This document shows positions 1 to 14,654 of a stretch of DNA of 64,000 nucleotides, in pieces. The notes beneath the pieces were generated by a model, which searched no databases, was not told where the DNA came from, and saw nothing but the letters and a program-made list of their open reading frames with translations. Source of the DNA: Eledone cirrhosa (Eukaryota); contig OZ024752.1 of the NCBI GenBank assembly GCA_964016885.1, positions 14,260,001-14,324,000 on the forward strand. The letters run 5' to 3'. Position numbers and translations under genes: made by a program. How positions within the stretch are numbered: position 1 is the first letter of the stretch; every line of letters begins with the position of its first letter.

Positions 1-1195
1 AGTTCTTTGGGGTTGCACATGCGGGACACATTTTTCATCACCCGTACCAAATCTGCAATCAGTATGTTGATTTTGGTATGGTCCGAAATGGCCGAGTTTC
101 GGTGGATCAGATGTTTGGAAGTCATGGGTTTGGCATAATGGGAATGGAGGATTATTTTTGGTTGTTAATGGTATCTAACCAGAGCTCTGTGTCTAGTACA
201 GGTAATCGATGGTTGGGGTGTCTACTTGGGTAGTCTATAGTAACTCTAATGCTCTGGTGGATGGTGTTTGCTATTTGCTGGATGCTTTCCATTGTGTTTT
301 TCTCTAGTTCCTGACTGTTCTTTAGTGGGGGTGTCTTAACTACGATGTTTATATCATCTACGTAGCGGGAGTACATTATCAGGGTTAAGCTGTCTTCTAA
401 TTGTTCTTTAAGTTTTTGTTTAAGTCTACAGTCCCACCATACCATGAATAAGTTAGCTATGTCGCCTGCAATGCTAACACCAATGGCTGCTCCTTCCTCT
501 TGGGCATATGTTTTACCATTAAATTTGAACATATGTTCCTTAAGGGTTAATTTTATGCTGGCCTCTACCGCATGTGCAATCATTTTCTTCAGTTCATCGT
601 GGTTTTCGGGTGTCCGTATGGCTCTGGTCCATCCGTTCCATCTATCTGTGTGGGTTTTCTTGGCCATTGAGGTAATGGTATGTGGTCTGCCTCTTGCTGG
701 TCTTGTAGGGCACAGGTTGCTAAGGTCATAAGTGTCTAGGTAACTATTACTATGGGTAAGCTTAAGTAGAAGTCCCAGCTCACTGGTATCAATCCCACGG
801 AACTCAACCTTGCTCTCGCTGATCATTTCTACGCATTTCTCCACAGCAAAATCCACGTCAATAGATGGATACAGGGACACAACATCCATACTGCCTATTA
901 TGCAGTTTGTTAGGTCCCCAGATCGGTTACCCGCGCCGATTCTGCTGAGGAGCTCCTCCGTGCTGTCACATACGTCTGGGGACATCTCAATAATGGGGCG
1001 TATGATCAGGGAGAGGAAGTAGGACAGTCTGTAGTTACTAGCAATGTTAGCCCCACAGACTGGCCGTGTTGGTGGTCCCGCGACAGGGTCCCAGCCCGTT
1101 TTATGGTCTTTTCGAAGCCCATACAACGCCGGCACGTCATTGTTCCAGGCCTGTAAGTTGTTGGCAGTCCTTTTGTTGGGCTGCATTATGTTCGT
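1..1195 (-). pseudogene. Penelope-like element reverse transcriptase, 5'-truncated, frameshifted near 152, runs off window edge
   Basis: ORF 152..1393 has RT motifs GSMDVVSLYPSID, YAQEEGAAIGVSIAGDIANLFM, YSRYVDDINIVV, LPVLDT; another frame below 152 reads ILHSHYAKPMTSKHLIHRNSAISDHTKINIL (PLE thumb). The ORF N-terminus is microsatellite. Confidence 0.92.
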
Positions 1196-1199
1196 CCAT

Positions 1200-1349
1200 A
1201 TATATATCTGGTTGTGGAACCAACCAACCAACCAGAAATTTATAGGTTTGGAGATTTGTAAATTTATAAATTTATAAATATATAATAAATTGAAGTGAAA
1301 GCAAATGGTGCGTGTGTTTCTTATTGGCAACATGACCCTCCCAAAGTAT

Positions 1350-1353
<4 letters not shown>
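1200..1353 (+). mobile_element. Inverted pLTR-like segment joined to the 5' truncation of the PLE
   Basis: GGTTGTGGAACCAACCAACC...GAAGTGAAAGCA...ATGACCCTCCCAAAGTATAA recurs at 60962-61150, 63465-63652, 50660-51012 and inverted at 4739-4810. Confidence 0.7.
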
Positions 1354-2030
<677 letters not shown>

Positions 2031-2719
2031 AAGATTCGAAAGGATTCAGTTTAGTTAAAAGGAATTTATTGACACGTGTTTCTATAACAGTTACATAACC
2101 TGAAAACAGCTGCTATCTACAAAGTATTAGTTATGCAGACATTCAATATTTCAATGTTATTATCAACTGTCATTTCATCGGAATAATTTTACTGAGGACC
2201 TGTTTGGTTTTCATAGAGAATATTAGGAGGGAGGGGTGAAGTTGTTAGAAGAATAGTTGAGGGAGTGGTTTTTTGATAGCAGTGAGAATTTTTGGTGGCA
2301 GTGAGTAATTAGATTCCCATCTGTTGTTTTGACATTTTTATAGAATATATTATTGGTTATTTTTCTAAATCTATAGAAGGATTAGAGATAGTATAGATAT
2401 GCGTGGTTTATTTGGTGTTTGCACTTAATTAACATTCAGACTTAAATTTTTCTTTCAAGTGTACGTATCTTTTCGCCCACGCATTCACACACAAACATAT
2501 ATGCACACCTCTACAAAATACATATACTCACATTCACATACTTACATGCTCATACTTACATACATATACACATGCATACATATATATATACACACATATA
2601 TACATGTACATACATACGCGTTCATGTGTATACATTTTCATACTCAACTTATCTTTATATACACACGTATAGACACACACATATATACTCCAGTCTATGT
2701 GTATATATATATACATATA

Positions 2720-2767
<48 letters not shown>

Positions 2768-3044
2768 CACTTTAATACATGAATACACTTACATCTAACA
2801 ATACACATCAAACATATATATATATTTACTTATTTATATACATTTTCACATATATATACATACTTATGGTCGCTTTTAGACTCATTCATTATCGCATATA
2901 TGCACCTATTCTCATCAGCATATCTTTCCATTATTAGTGTGGTAATTTAAGGTTATTAATATACATATATATGTTGAGAAGAGATTGTTTTTATATTTTT
3001 GATAACTAGATTGAGGTTTATATAGTTGGGGGGATGTCCCTCTT

Positions 3045-3900
3045 TTATGTAATATTCAGCTTGTAGTGGGAAAAAAGGGTTTTAGTTCGGTGACGGCAGA
3101 ATAATGTTCGTTCAATTCTGTTATTCAGCAATTTGCTCTTGTGTGTGATTATGTAATAAATCTCAAGTTTACACAATTTGCAGAAATTTTGGCTCCTGGA
3201 AAAGCTTTGGGTTTTAGCTAATTTCTCCCATTTTAGGGTAAACTTTTGATCGCTATCCCTGAGCGTCCAAGCTTTTTCTGCTAAAGTTGTTACATTTCTT
3301 TGGCTCTGGTGTTTTATTGAGTAAGAATGCCTATATAATCGAGATTTAAACGATGTTGCCGTTGATCCCACGTAATACCACTCGTTGCCTCCGGATTTAA
3401 TGGTACACTTATAAATAATTTTTTTTTTCCAGGCAGTTATTGCCGAGGGGGCAGTTGTCAGGATAGATGCAGTTACAGTTGTGTACGTTGGGTTTTCTCT
3501 GGAGTAGTATTGCGGACGAACTTAGGTGTGGTTTATTTATGTTCTGTAGTGTATTGTCTATGGTTTTTTTTGTGTTCTTTGTACTTAAGTTTTTAGTGTT
3601 TTCGTTTAACCTTCAAGTATTGATCTTTTTTATGTGTTGTTCAAGGTTTAACGCTGTAGAGTATGACAGTCTTATAGTGGTAGGGTTTAGGACTTTGTGG
3701 TATTTGTGTGATGTAGGAAAATGTCTCTTAATTATTTTAAAGAAGAGTACTGGTAAATTTGTACTAATGGAACTATTGTATTCGGGGTTATACCATAAGT
3801 ACTCTTTGCATCGCTTTCTATTAGTTTTGTTTGTTGGTTTACTGGTGTGTATACTATAGTAGTAAGTGTGGTTTGGTGTTGTGTTATTCTGTGGGATTTA
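3045..3900 (-). pseudogene. PLE linker plus C-terminal GIY-YIG endonuclease (stop and frameshift present)
   Basis: YLWYNPEYN...RHFPTSHKYHKVLN...LSYST; CNCIYPDNCPLGNNCL; IIYKCTI...YYVGSTATSFKSRLYRH; CKLCKLE; LNNRIE..FCRHR. Confidence 0.9.
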
Positions 3901-4223
3901 TTTTGGGTGTTTTGATTGTTTTCAACGGTCAAAAATAATACAGATACAATATAGACACAAGAAAAATTTAAGTCTGAATGTTAATTAAGTGAAAACACAA
4001 AACCAACCGCGCATATCTATACTATCTCTAATCCTTCTATATATTTAGAAAAATAACCAATAATATATTCTATAAAAATGTCAAAACAACATATGGGAAT
4101 CTAATTACTCACTGCCACCAAAATTTCTCACTGCTATCAAAAACCACTCCCTCAACTATTCTTCTAACAACTTCACCCCTCCCTCCTAATATTATCTATA
4201 AAAACCAAACAGGTCCTCAGTAA

Positions 4224-4349
4224 AATTATTCCGATGAAATGATAGTTGATAATAACATTGAAATATTGAATGTCTGCATAACTAATACTTTGTAGATAGC
4301 AGCTGTTTTCAGGTTATGTAACTGTTATAGAAACACGTGTCAATAAATT
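4224..4349 (+). ncRNA. Type I hammerhead ribozyme, CCGAUGA core, ~90-nt stem II (mirror copy on - at ~2063-2190)
   Basis: AATTATT-CCGATGA...GAAAC-ACGT-GTC-AATAAATT; ACACGTGT is palindromic. Confidence 0.7.
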
Positions 4350-4516
4350 CCTTTTAACTAAACTGTATCCATTCAAATCTTTCTATTTTTCTCCGGATTA
4401 CTTTTGGAACTACAACTGGAACCGTCGAGCAAACTCTACGTGAGCTGTCCATCTACTGTGTGTAATATTTATTTTACAACACTACGGAAAATACTGTATA
4501 TATATATATATATATG

Positions 4517-4703
<187 letters not shown>

Positions 4704-4738
4704 GTATATATATATATATTTATGTATATATATATATA

Positions 4739-4810
4739 GTTTTGCGAGGTTTTTTATATGAAATCGTGTGTCGAAACAAATATTATTATACTTGGGGAGG
4801 GTCATATTTG
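4739..4810 (-). mobile_element. PLE tail fragment, same family as 1200-1353 and 50930-51012
   Basis: Reverse complement ATGACCCTCCCCAAGTATAATAATATTTGTTTCGACACACG...CGCAAAAC. Confidence 0.7.
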
Positions 4811-5703
4811 TGTAATATTGCCAGAATTAATAACAGAACACACTCACTGTTTGGTTGGTTTTCGCTTCTCGCTGTCTTTTATATCGGTAATCTAACTTAC
4901 TCGGTCCTCAATGTTGCTATTGACTGACCGACAGTCAAAAATAATACAGATACAATATAGACACAAACACATATATATAGTTTATCATAAATCTTTCGTT
5001 GCACATCTGCAACATCGTCAGTGGTGTTATATGTATGTCTACGCCATTTTTTATTCAGCCTGTCTATATATTTATTTATTTATTTGCTTGTTTGTTTATT
5101 TTATTTTGTCTTCTTTCCGCATGCGTTTGCGTGTGTGTATAGTGTTATGTTTGCTGTGTGATGGGTGACTAGTGTTTGTTTATGTGCTTGTTGTTATTGT
5201 GCTTGTGTATGTATTTATTTATCTTATTTTATTTACTTATTTATACTTCTCTTAGGTCAGTGTTGTTTGTTTGGGTGTTGTTGTTATTCCATTCATTCTT
5301 TGTTTAGTTTTGGTCTTCTAATTTCTATTTCACTGGCTACAATAACCTTTCAGCTTGGCACAAGCTAATGCCAGTGAACTAGAAATGGTGGTTTAAATGG
5401 TGGTTTAAAGTTTGTGAATCTAGTAGCTATTTTATGTCTACAGAAAACAGATTTTTCTATTTTGCTGTTAAGCAGCATCCCATTGTGCTTAAAATATGTA
5501 GTAGTTCCAAATTACAAAACCCGCAGTGGGACATACCGTTGCTGTAGGCTTTTGCTACCGATGATTTTGACCAGTTAATCTTATATTCTAGGTTTCTGTC
5601 TTTAAGCTGCCAGATTATTAAGAATACGTGGTACGTCCACAGACACTACATGAAGAACCGTGCACTGGAGACACTAGGATGCTCACCAATATAATCACAT
5701 CTA

Positions 5704-5928
5704 ATTTGGAACTTAAAAGACAACAATATAGACTATTCAATATCTTGGAGAACGATTTCGAATTCACCTGCATACCGAAATATGGCTTTATCAATATTCT
5801 GTAACTTGTGTATCGGAGAAATCTTTTATATAATTAACTGTGAAAACACTATTAAGCTTAGAACGGAATTATTTTCTTCTTGCAGACATCGCCAACATTC
5901 CACGTTCAGAACTATTTTTAATTTATAA
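5704..5928 (+). pseudogene. PLE GIY-YIG endonuclease C-terminal fragment (absent from ORF track)
   Basis: Hand translation IWNLKDNNIDYSISWRTISNSPAYRNMALSIFCNLCIGEIFYIINCENTIKLRTELFSSCRHRQHSTFRTIFNL*, colinear with the 3045 ORF. Confidence 0.85.
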
Positions 5929-7048
5929 TATTCCTATACACCTTCAAAATGATCCTATCTTTAAAAATTTAATTGTAAATTTCTTAAATTTTTAAATATT
6001 TTCAATATTTTTAATATTTTTAATTTTTCTAATTTTTTAAAATATCTCTAATATTTCTAATATTTTTACCTTTTCACATGAATGTTTTCAATATATATAT
6101 ATATATATATTTAATATTTTTAATTCTGACATTATTTTTCTCATGACACCCCTCGAAATATATTTTTTTAGATGTAGATTGATAATCTTTAATTGACATT
6201 CTGAACATTTATCCTCTTTACGATAGTTCTTCGAAAAGCACATCACGTTTTCCCTCTCTTTTTGTTATTCAAACATTCACACATCTTTCGACTAAAATAA
6301 TTAATCCCACATAAAATAATATATTATTTTTTCTATATATTTTTGAGTAATCACTCATCAAATTTAACGGTTAACAAACAAAATTGGAGTTATCTTTCCT
6401 TTCTCAATCGTGCAAACATAAACATAATATGTATGATAATCTATATAACTTCGCTAAATTAACAATATTCTGAAAACAGTTTCAATGTTGAACAAAATAC
6501 TCGAATCTACAAATTGTTCTCCTCTCACAACGTGAACCACCTATTTGCTTGTGTAAAATACAAAATCAACCGCCTTCATAACTCATATTAGAAATATAAA
6601 CAACTAATAATTGTAAATTATTTCTATCTCTATAATACTAATAATCTATATAGATATGTATATACATATAACCTATTGTTATGTAATAAGATAAAAATAC
6701 TCACAACCATAATTCTTCATATAATCTAATTGATTATATTTACAATAGGTAAATAAATTTAAATTTAAATAAATTTAAATTTAAATAAATTTAAATTTAA
6801 ATTTAAACTCTGGAATCATATTCCACTTTTGCCCCCAAATTAACGTAAATACAAGCTCTTCTTCCTTTTTCTTCTTTTCTACGCATACAAAAACATATCA
6901 TAATTATCTAAATTCTTCATAGCGTCTAAAATAACCTCATTTGCATACTCATCTTAACAATTTGAAATATCTAACTTTTCTTCTCTTATCCCTTCACTAT
7001 CCAAGGAAAACTTGAACCGTTAAGGTATTTTCCTTGGTTATGTCAAAA

Positions 7049-7139
7049 TTTATAAAACACACTTCGTATTTTATCTGATGAAAGCGTACCAAAGTTTTGG
7101 TACCCTTGAAATATATATAATAGAATATGGTTTTATAAA
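7049..7139 (+). ncRNA. Type I hammerhead ribozyme
   Basis: TATTTTAT-CTGATGA-AAGCGTACCAAAGTTTTGGTACCCTT-GAAA-TATATA-TA-ATAGAATA; stem I extended by TTTATAAAAC/GTTTTATAAA. Confidence 0.88.
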
Positions 7140-7552
7140 TTAATATCATTGAATATTATACTCCAGAAAACCTCTCGAGTGCTCTGAATATCAGTTATAA
7201 ACATTTATATTTGTTGAATTACCAAAAAATTTAATATCACTTCTGCTTATATATATATAGTCCGCATGTATCTGTGTGTTTCTAAATATATTAATAACTC
7301 CCTCTGGTCGAGCAATCTTTGAAGTGTGGGGACAACTGGAAAGCTTCCATTACTCATACTTCTCGCCTTCTTCACTACCTCTTCTACGGCCTCGATGTGG
7401 GTGCCCCCTCCGCCTCCGTGGTATTTTCTTCGTGGTTGTGGGGGGCTTGGCTCTGTTTCTCGACCGTTATGTCGCGTGGCTGTCTCCCCCTCCGCCTTTT
7501 GGGATTCTTTCTCGCGTCGTGTGGACGCGTTCTTGAGACTGGTAGAATGAGT

Positions 7553-7644
7553 TATCCTCTTGATAAGTTGGCAGACCTCGCAAGGACTCTATATCTTTGA
7601 TATATTGTTTTTGTTTATGCCACGAAACTACGTAGTCGAGGAAT
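7553..7644 (+). ncRNA. Hammerhead ribozyme, U3-A8 core variant (copy 1)
   Basis: TCCTC-TTGATAA-GTTGGCA...TGCCAC-GAAAC-TACGTA-GTC-GAGGA. Confidence 0.8.
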
Positions 7645-8143
7645 TTAGGAGCAGTTTAGGTATGATACATTTTATTACTAATTATATCTAAATGTTTCTT
7701 CTCTCTTCATAATGTATTTTTAACTCTGATACTGGTTCAGTCTGGTTCAAACTGAATTGGTCTGTCCCAGTCATTCATTGAGCAACATCGGTGAAGTTGG
7801 CACCCTTAACTCACAGTTGGGTGCGGATGCATTCATGTATATATGTGTGTGTCCGCATGTATCTGTGTGTTTCTAAATATATTAATAACTCCCTCTGGTC
7901 GAGCAATCTTTGAAGTGTGGGGACAACTGGAAAGCTTCCATTACTCATACTTCTCGCCTTCTTCACTATCTCTTCTACGGCCTCGATGTGGGTGCCCCCT
8001 CCGCCTCCGTGGTATTTTCTTCGTGGTTGTGGGGGGCTTGGCTCTGTTTCTCGACCGTTATGTCGCGTGGCTGTCTCCCCCTCCGCCTTTTGGGATTCTT
8101 TCTCGCGTCGTGTGGACGCGTTCTTGAGACTGGTAGAATGAGG

Positions 8144-8235
8144 TATCCTCTTGATAAGTTGGCAGACCTCGCAAGGACTCTATATCTTTGATATATTGTT
8201 TTTGTTTATGCCACGAAACTACGTAGTCGAGGAAT
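8144..8235 (+). ncRNA. Hammerhead ribozyme, U3-A8 core variant (copy 2)
   Basis: Same motif, +591. Confidence 0.8.
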
Positions 8236-8734
8236 TTAGGAGCAGTTTAGGTATGATACATTTTATTACTAATTATATCTAAATGTTTCTTCTCTCTTCA
8301 TAATGTATTTTTAACTCTGATACTGGTTCAGTCTGGTTCAAACTGAATTGGTCTGTCCCAGTCATTCATTGAGCAACATCGGTGAAGTTGGCACCCTTAA
8401 CTCACAGTTGGGTGCGGATGCATTCATGTATATATGTGTGTGTCCGCATGTATCTGTGTGTTTCTAAATATATTAATAACTCCCTCTGGTCGAGCAATCT
8501 TTGAAGTGTGGGGACAACTGGAAAGCTTCCATTACTCATACTTCTCGCCTTCTTCACTACCTCTTCTACGGCCTCGATGTGGGTGCCCCCTCCGCCTCCG
8601 TGGTATTTTCTTCGTGGTTGTGGGGGGCTTGGCTCTGTTTCTCGACCGTTATGTCGCGCGGCTGTCTCCCCCTCCGCCTTTTGGGATTCTTTCTCGCGTC
8701 GTGTGGACGCGTTCTTGAGACTGGTAGAATGAGG

Positions 8735-8826
8735 TATCCTCTTGATAAGTTGGCAGACCTCGCAAGGACTCTATATCTTTGATATATTGTTTTTGTTTAT
8801 GCCACGAAACTACGTAGTCGAGGAAT
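8735..8826 (+). ncRNA. Hammerhead ribozyme, U3-A8 core variant (copy 3)
   Basis: Same motif, +1182. Confidence 0.8.
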
Positions 8827-8895
8827 TTAGGAGCAGTTTAGGTATGATACATTTTATTACTAATTATATCTAAATGTTTCTTCTCTCTTCATAAC

Positions 8896-8963
<68 letters not shown>

Positions 8964-8967
<4 letters not shown>

Positions 8968-9789
8968 GAAGGAATATTTAAGCGGAAGGGATATTTAATT
9001 TGTTGGAAATTCAACAAATCTAAATGTTTATTCAAGACGATGTTTAAACATTCATATTTCTTTCGACTAAATAATTAATTAATCTCACACTAACTCTTAA
9101 ACATTTATCGATTAACAAATAAAGTTGGAGTTATCTTTCCTTTCTCAATCATATAAACTCATTATACCTATCTCCGTTAATTTAACTACATATTTATTTA
9201 CATAAAATACAAAATCAACACCCATCGTAACTCATTATAAACAAATAATAATCGCAAATTATCTTTGTAATAAAAATACATAAGCTATTATTAAAATATA
9301 TATAGATATTTATATATTTAACCCACTACAATATTTATAATAAAATAAATATTTACAAACATAATTTTCCATATAAATATATACATAAAAAATATTTCCC
9401 CAAATTAACGTACGTAATTGGTCTTCTGTTTTCCCTTTTCCTTCTTTTTCTTCCTTTTCCTTTTTTCTTTTTTCTTTTTTCTTTCTTTCTTATTAATATA
9501 TCAAAACTTTCCATAGCGTTTAAAATAACGGTCTTTCTATCATATAACCCAACCTTATTTACATATTCATTTGCATAATCACCTATAAGTTTGAAAAAGC
9601 CGTTCTATAATCTCACTACCCAAGGAATTTTCAACTGATAAAGTATGTTTTCCTTGGCTATGTCAAGATTTATAAAACACTCTTTGTATTTTATCTGATG
9701 AAAGCGTACTAAAGTGTTGGTGCCCTTGAAATATATATAATAGAATAAATATGGTTTTATAAATATAGTTCCCATTTATTTAATATCAT

Positions 9790-9791
<2 letters not shown>
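8964..9791 (+). mobile_element. Truncated PLE 3' UTR with HHR (CTGATGA at 9695) preceded by an inverted tail fragment (8964-9033)
   Basis: Homologous to 6270-7151; 8964-9033 is the reverse complement of the 7195-7250 tail. Confidence 0.82.
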
Positions 9792-9877
<86 letters not shown>

Positions 9878-9878
9878 T

Positions 9879-10724
9879 ACGTGTGTATAATGGTAGATAT
9901 GGTGCTTCCATAGGCGGTATGCCAAAATTAGCACTCAATATTCATACAGAGCAGAGTGTGAATAGAATAAAAAACGAAAAATCAGTGATGCATCTGGACT
10001 CAGTTTATTGCGTGTTACTATTGTTTCGCCGGCAGGTAGCTCGAGACATGATCACTGTATGGATCTGGCTGATTCTACGGCTGCAGGTTCCTTCGGACAC
10101 AGGCAATTCGTTCGGAGCAAATTTTTTCACTGAGGTGTTATCGGCAAAGAACACCTTAAATAAACATCTTCCACTCTTGTCATGCCATTGGCTGTTGTTT
10201 TGCACGTCATCTTAAGTTCTGTTCACTATTTACTGCTATACGGGTCATCAGCCATTTTCCGTCCGACACACTTCAATGGAGGCATGCTGGGTTTGGCATC
10301 TCACACGTCTGTTCAGACTCCCGAGTAAGTACCCACATATACACACACACACATACATACACACGCGCAGGCACACACACATGCACGCATACACATATGT
10401 ACGCATACATGTGTAGACACACATACACCCATGCGCATATATACACGCACACACTCTCCCTCTCTTACACATACCGACCGCTACATCCCTATTGGCGCCT
10501 GCGTAAACAGCCCCATACATCCGGTCTCACACGCATGCATACGCGCACACACGCGCAGACACACACGTACACGCATACATACACATATCGGCGTTCGGGC
10601 ACATCTGCACATATATACACAAACACTCTCAGACACATACATATATACACACGCACATACACGCATATCCTTATGGATAGGCATCAAGGACAGACACACT
10701 TCCAAAGACATAACCACACATACA

Positions 10725-10755
<31 letters not shown>

Positions 10756-11160
10756 CTATACATATACCTACACACAAGTACATGTACCCGCAGATAAACA
10801 TATAGACAATCCCTATCCTATGTGGGTGTACGTACTCACCCGCACACACGCACACCCACTGACAGATACACACACCATATATATATATATGTGTGTGTAC
10901 ATAGACACACAGGCACACGGATGCAGACACACAAGCATATATATATACATATATGTATAAGCACACATATATACACACATACGCATGTATATACACACAT
11001 ACACATACATACATATGCACACATGTCTATATGTGTACACACACACAAACATACACAAATACACACACATACGCACACACATATACCTACGCATAACCTT
11101 ATATACATATATATATATGTAGTCCAGATGCATCACTGATTTTTCATTTTTTTATACTAT
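9879..11160 (-). mobile_element. PLE-derived insert: long arm with tail and degenerate HHR, short opposite arm 11121-11160, CA-rich interior
   Basis: AAAAATCAGTGATGCATCTGGACT is inverted at 11121-11145; same family as 32068-32406. Confidence 0.78.
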
Positions 11161-11289
11161 ATATAGATATATATAACTGAAAGGTATAGAAAATATTGTA
11201 GCAAAAAGCCAACAGTATTCCATAATATATAAGTGACTATAGCGTCAAAATGGGAAAAAATAGTTAACGTAAGACGTATATATATATAA

Positions 11290-11790
11290 GTTTTAATATA
11301 GATGAGATTCTACAGGATTAGAACTGTTTCATTCTTTAGAAATGATCAGGAATCTGGATATCAAAAATTGAATATAGTATTTATAGGTCTCTTCAGGAGA
11401 TAGGAGAGGGTAGGGAGTGGAATGGGTAGAGGTCATTGGTTGATAGAAAAGGGAATTCATTAAAAGCTAATTCTTTAAAGCTATAGTTTATATTTAGAGT
11501 AACAAAGGCAGAAAGAATTCTATAAAAAGTTCAGAATGGGGTGCCACTCCTTATTTTTAAGTTTCTCTTAAGCTAACAATGCCTATATTTCAGGTGTCTA
11601 TAAGATCGTTAGTGGTTGGTCATGGTTGATGGATTTAAAGAAAAGGGAAATTCTTTAAAAGCTAATTCTTTAAGGTTCTAATTAGAGTGACAAAGGCCTA
11701 GAGAATTCTATAGACCAGTTCAAAATATTGAGTACCTATTATACCATTATCTTCAAGTTTCTCTCAGGGCGATATTCCAGGTGTCAACAG
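11290..11790 (-). mobile_element. pLTR fragment with decayed HHR, family of 15420 and 21076
   Basis: Reverse complement TTC-CTGATCA-TTTCTAAAGAAT-GAAACAG...CTGTA-GAA. Confidence 0.55.
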
Positions 11791-12039
11791 ACACATTTAC
11801 AAACACACACACGCACGTGCACCCCCCCCACACACACACATGCATATATATATATAGGTAGGGAAGCAGAAAATTGGTTATTGTAAACCACTATTTTGAA
11901 AATTTGGACGTGAACAACAATTATAATTGAGTGGCTGCTATCTGCAGTATAGCAATACAAGGTTGCACTTACCAATGAAACGGTCGTAAATACCTGGATA
12001 AAATCCTTCTCTTAATGCTTACCTGTGTTTTCTCTTTTA

Positions 12040-12215
<176 letters not shown>

Positions 12216-12279
12216 ATATATGTAATATATTTATATATATATATATATGTATATATTTATATATATATTAATATATATA

Positions 12280-12322
<43 letters not shown>

Positions 12323-12347
12323 TTATATATAAATATATATATGTATA

Positions 12348-12440
<93 letters not shown>

Positions 12441-12605
12441 CAGATATATATGTATATATGTATATATACATATATATATGTATATATTTATATATATATA
12501 TATATTTATATATACATATATATATGTATATATTTATATATACATATATATATGTATATAATTTTTATATATATATATATATTTATATATACATATATAT
12601 ATTTA

Positions 12606-12661
<56 letters not shown>

Positions 12662-12800
12662 CATATATATATGTATATAATTTATATATATATATATGTA
12701 TATATTTATATATATATATATGTATATATGTCTATATATATATATATATATATATATTTATTATATATATATAATATATATTTAATATATATATATATAT

Positions 12801-13045
12801 TGGTAAAAGGAGAAGAAAATGCTGACAAATTGTTCCCAGTGAAAAGTTTCTGCGCATGTGCCTTCGTACGGTTGTCCTTCCTGTTCCTATAACCATACAC
12901 ATCCCGAGCTGAAAGATCCGCGAAAGTGAAACAATTGTTCTCGGTATGGTGAACTAACTGTTGTGTAACCACCACTTCTACCTAACTCGTCCCTTGACTG
13001 AGTGCTCTACCACTACGTATATTAACGTCCAGTGTTCCACCAGTA
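12801..13045 (+). mobile_element. pLTR with HHR (~12892-12950) and tail; related pieces at 13320-13405 (-), 29797-29855 (+), 31549-31710 (-)
   Basis: ACCATAC..CCGAG-CTGAAAGA..GAAAC-AATT-GTT-CTCGGTATGGT; tail ACTCGTCCCTTGACTGAGTGC. Confidence 0.78.
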
Positions 13046-13104
<59 letters not shown>

Positions 13105-13109
13105 TATAA

Positions 13110-13188
<79 letters not shown>

Positions 13189-13196
13189 TATATATA

Positions 13197-13254
<58 letters not shown>

Positions 13255-13419
13255 TATATATTTATATATATATTTATATATTTACATATATATATATATT
13301 TATATAATATATATACATATAGTGGTTGCACACTGGAAGGTAATATCCGTAGTGTAGAGCACTCAGTCCATGGACGAGGTAGGTAGAATTGGTTACACCA
13401 CAGTTTATATATATGTATT

Positions 13420-13480
<61 letters not shown>

Positions 13481-14415
13481 CATGCTGACGTACTTCAGTG
13501 GAATAGAAATCAATAGCCTTCCGCAATAATATTTGGAAAGTATCACAATTATCTTATTTGTCATTCGTTTCTCATTAATTTCTTGGAACTTTGTTTACTG
13601 AGTAAAAATATATTGATTTACTACCTCTTCATAAACACTGTCATCTACATATATTGGGTTCGTATAATCACACATAAAAAAAACACATAAAACGGACACA
13701 TAAATAATTCCATTCTATAATGCATTAAAAGAATAACGAGGGATCTCTTGCTTTCCTACACCAATATATACAATTTTCCTTCAATCACTCTATGATGCAC
13801 TTGGATTCGCTTAAATCTTCACAATAAAAAAGAAAATATTTTCGCACTAAACATAAACGCGCGATAATAGCTACTCCTAGACATATACAGCAAGGAGTCA
13901 TCTAGCTGCAAATAAATAATATCTTCAAAGGAAATGTTGGCAATTATTTTGTATTTTATAACAATAAATAATGAGAACTGTCAGTCGAATGAGTCTAATG
14001 AGTTGAGAAAACATGTCACATTAACGATATGTCTATCTCATTAATGTCTTGTAAGTGTATAATCAAAATAAAACATATTTCACCGTAAACAAAGAAAGAT
14101 ATATAAACTTTGAACAAATTTTCAAGATTGAATTTATATTTTACAAATAAAGTAATTTGTGATATAGAAATTCACCTAAATTCATGGAAATTGTTATAAA
14201 ATGTTCAAGTGCGAACATTTATAAATGAAGTTTTGAAGTTTTCAATTTCTAATGAAATATAATCAAGTATTTGCTTTCTTCCTTTTACTTCTAAATCATT
14301 AATAGTACATAAACTTTAGATATTAAGTTATAATGCACTTTCCCCATTTCAAAAAACTAATGGTGCCATCCACTTTATAAGGAGGCACATTAAATTGTAT
14401 TATCTATATTGACTC

Positions 14416-14580
14416 GGTAGAGGGTCGGACGCCATGATTTCCAGCATAGTTACGTCCCTTTACGATCTGAGTTCAAAATCCCGCGAGGTTGACTTTGCCT
14501 TTCATCCTTACGAGGTCGATAAAATAAAGTACCAGTAATGCACTGGATAATTGCTGGCCTTGTGCCTAAAGTAGAAAACG
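14416..14580 (+). mobile_element. tRNA-derived SINE (family 1, Meta/MESC-like core), 5'-truncated, 17-bp TSD
   Basis: B box GAGTTCAAA; core GCCTTTCATCCTTACGAGGTCGATAAA; TSD ATTATCTATATTGACTC. Confidence 0.88.
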
Positions 14581-14654
14581 ATTATCTATATTGACTCTTT
14601 TAAGTTGTCTACCATATTATGGCCCAGAGAATCACTCTAGGTAGAGCGGCTACT

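Larger units (their letters stand above)
2025..4497 (-). mobile_element. 5'-truncated PLE with ~430-bp inverted pLTR arms (2025-2453 / 3960-4388) and a one-sided tail (4389-4497), inserted in (TA)n
   Basis: Arms are reverse complements; GIY-YIG coding remnant inside; HHR in each arm. Confidence 0.9.
5704..7248 (+). mobile_element. PLE 3' portion: EN end, 3' UTR, HHR and tail
   Basis: UTR homologous to 9045-9791; ends at TA tract. Confidence 0.8.
7261..8896 (+). repeat. 591-bp tandem repeat, ~2.8 near-identical copies, one HHR per unit (retrozyme-like / tandem pLTR)
   Basis: Units start at 7261, 7852, 8443; flanked by TA tracts. Confidence 0.95.

Noticed and set aside
7276-8782. Triplicated small ORFs in the 591-bp repeat
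   Set aside because: Overlapping frames, no recognisable domain; better explained as non-coding HHR units
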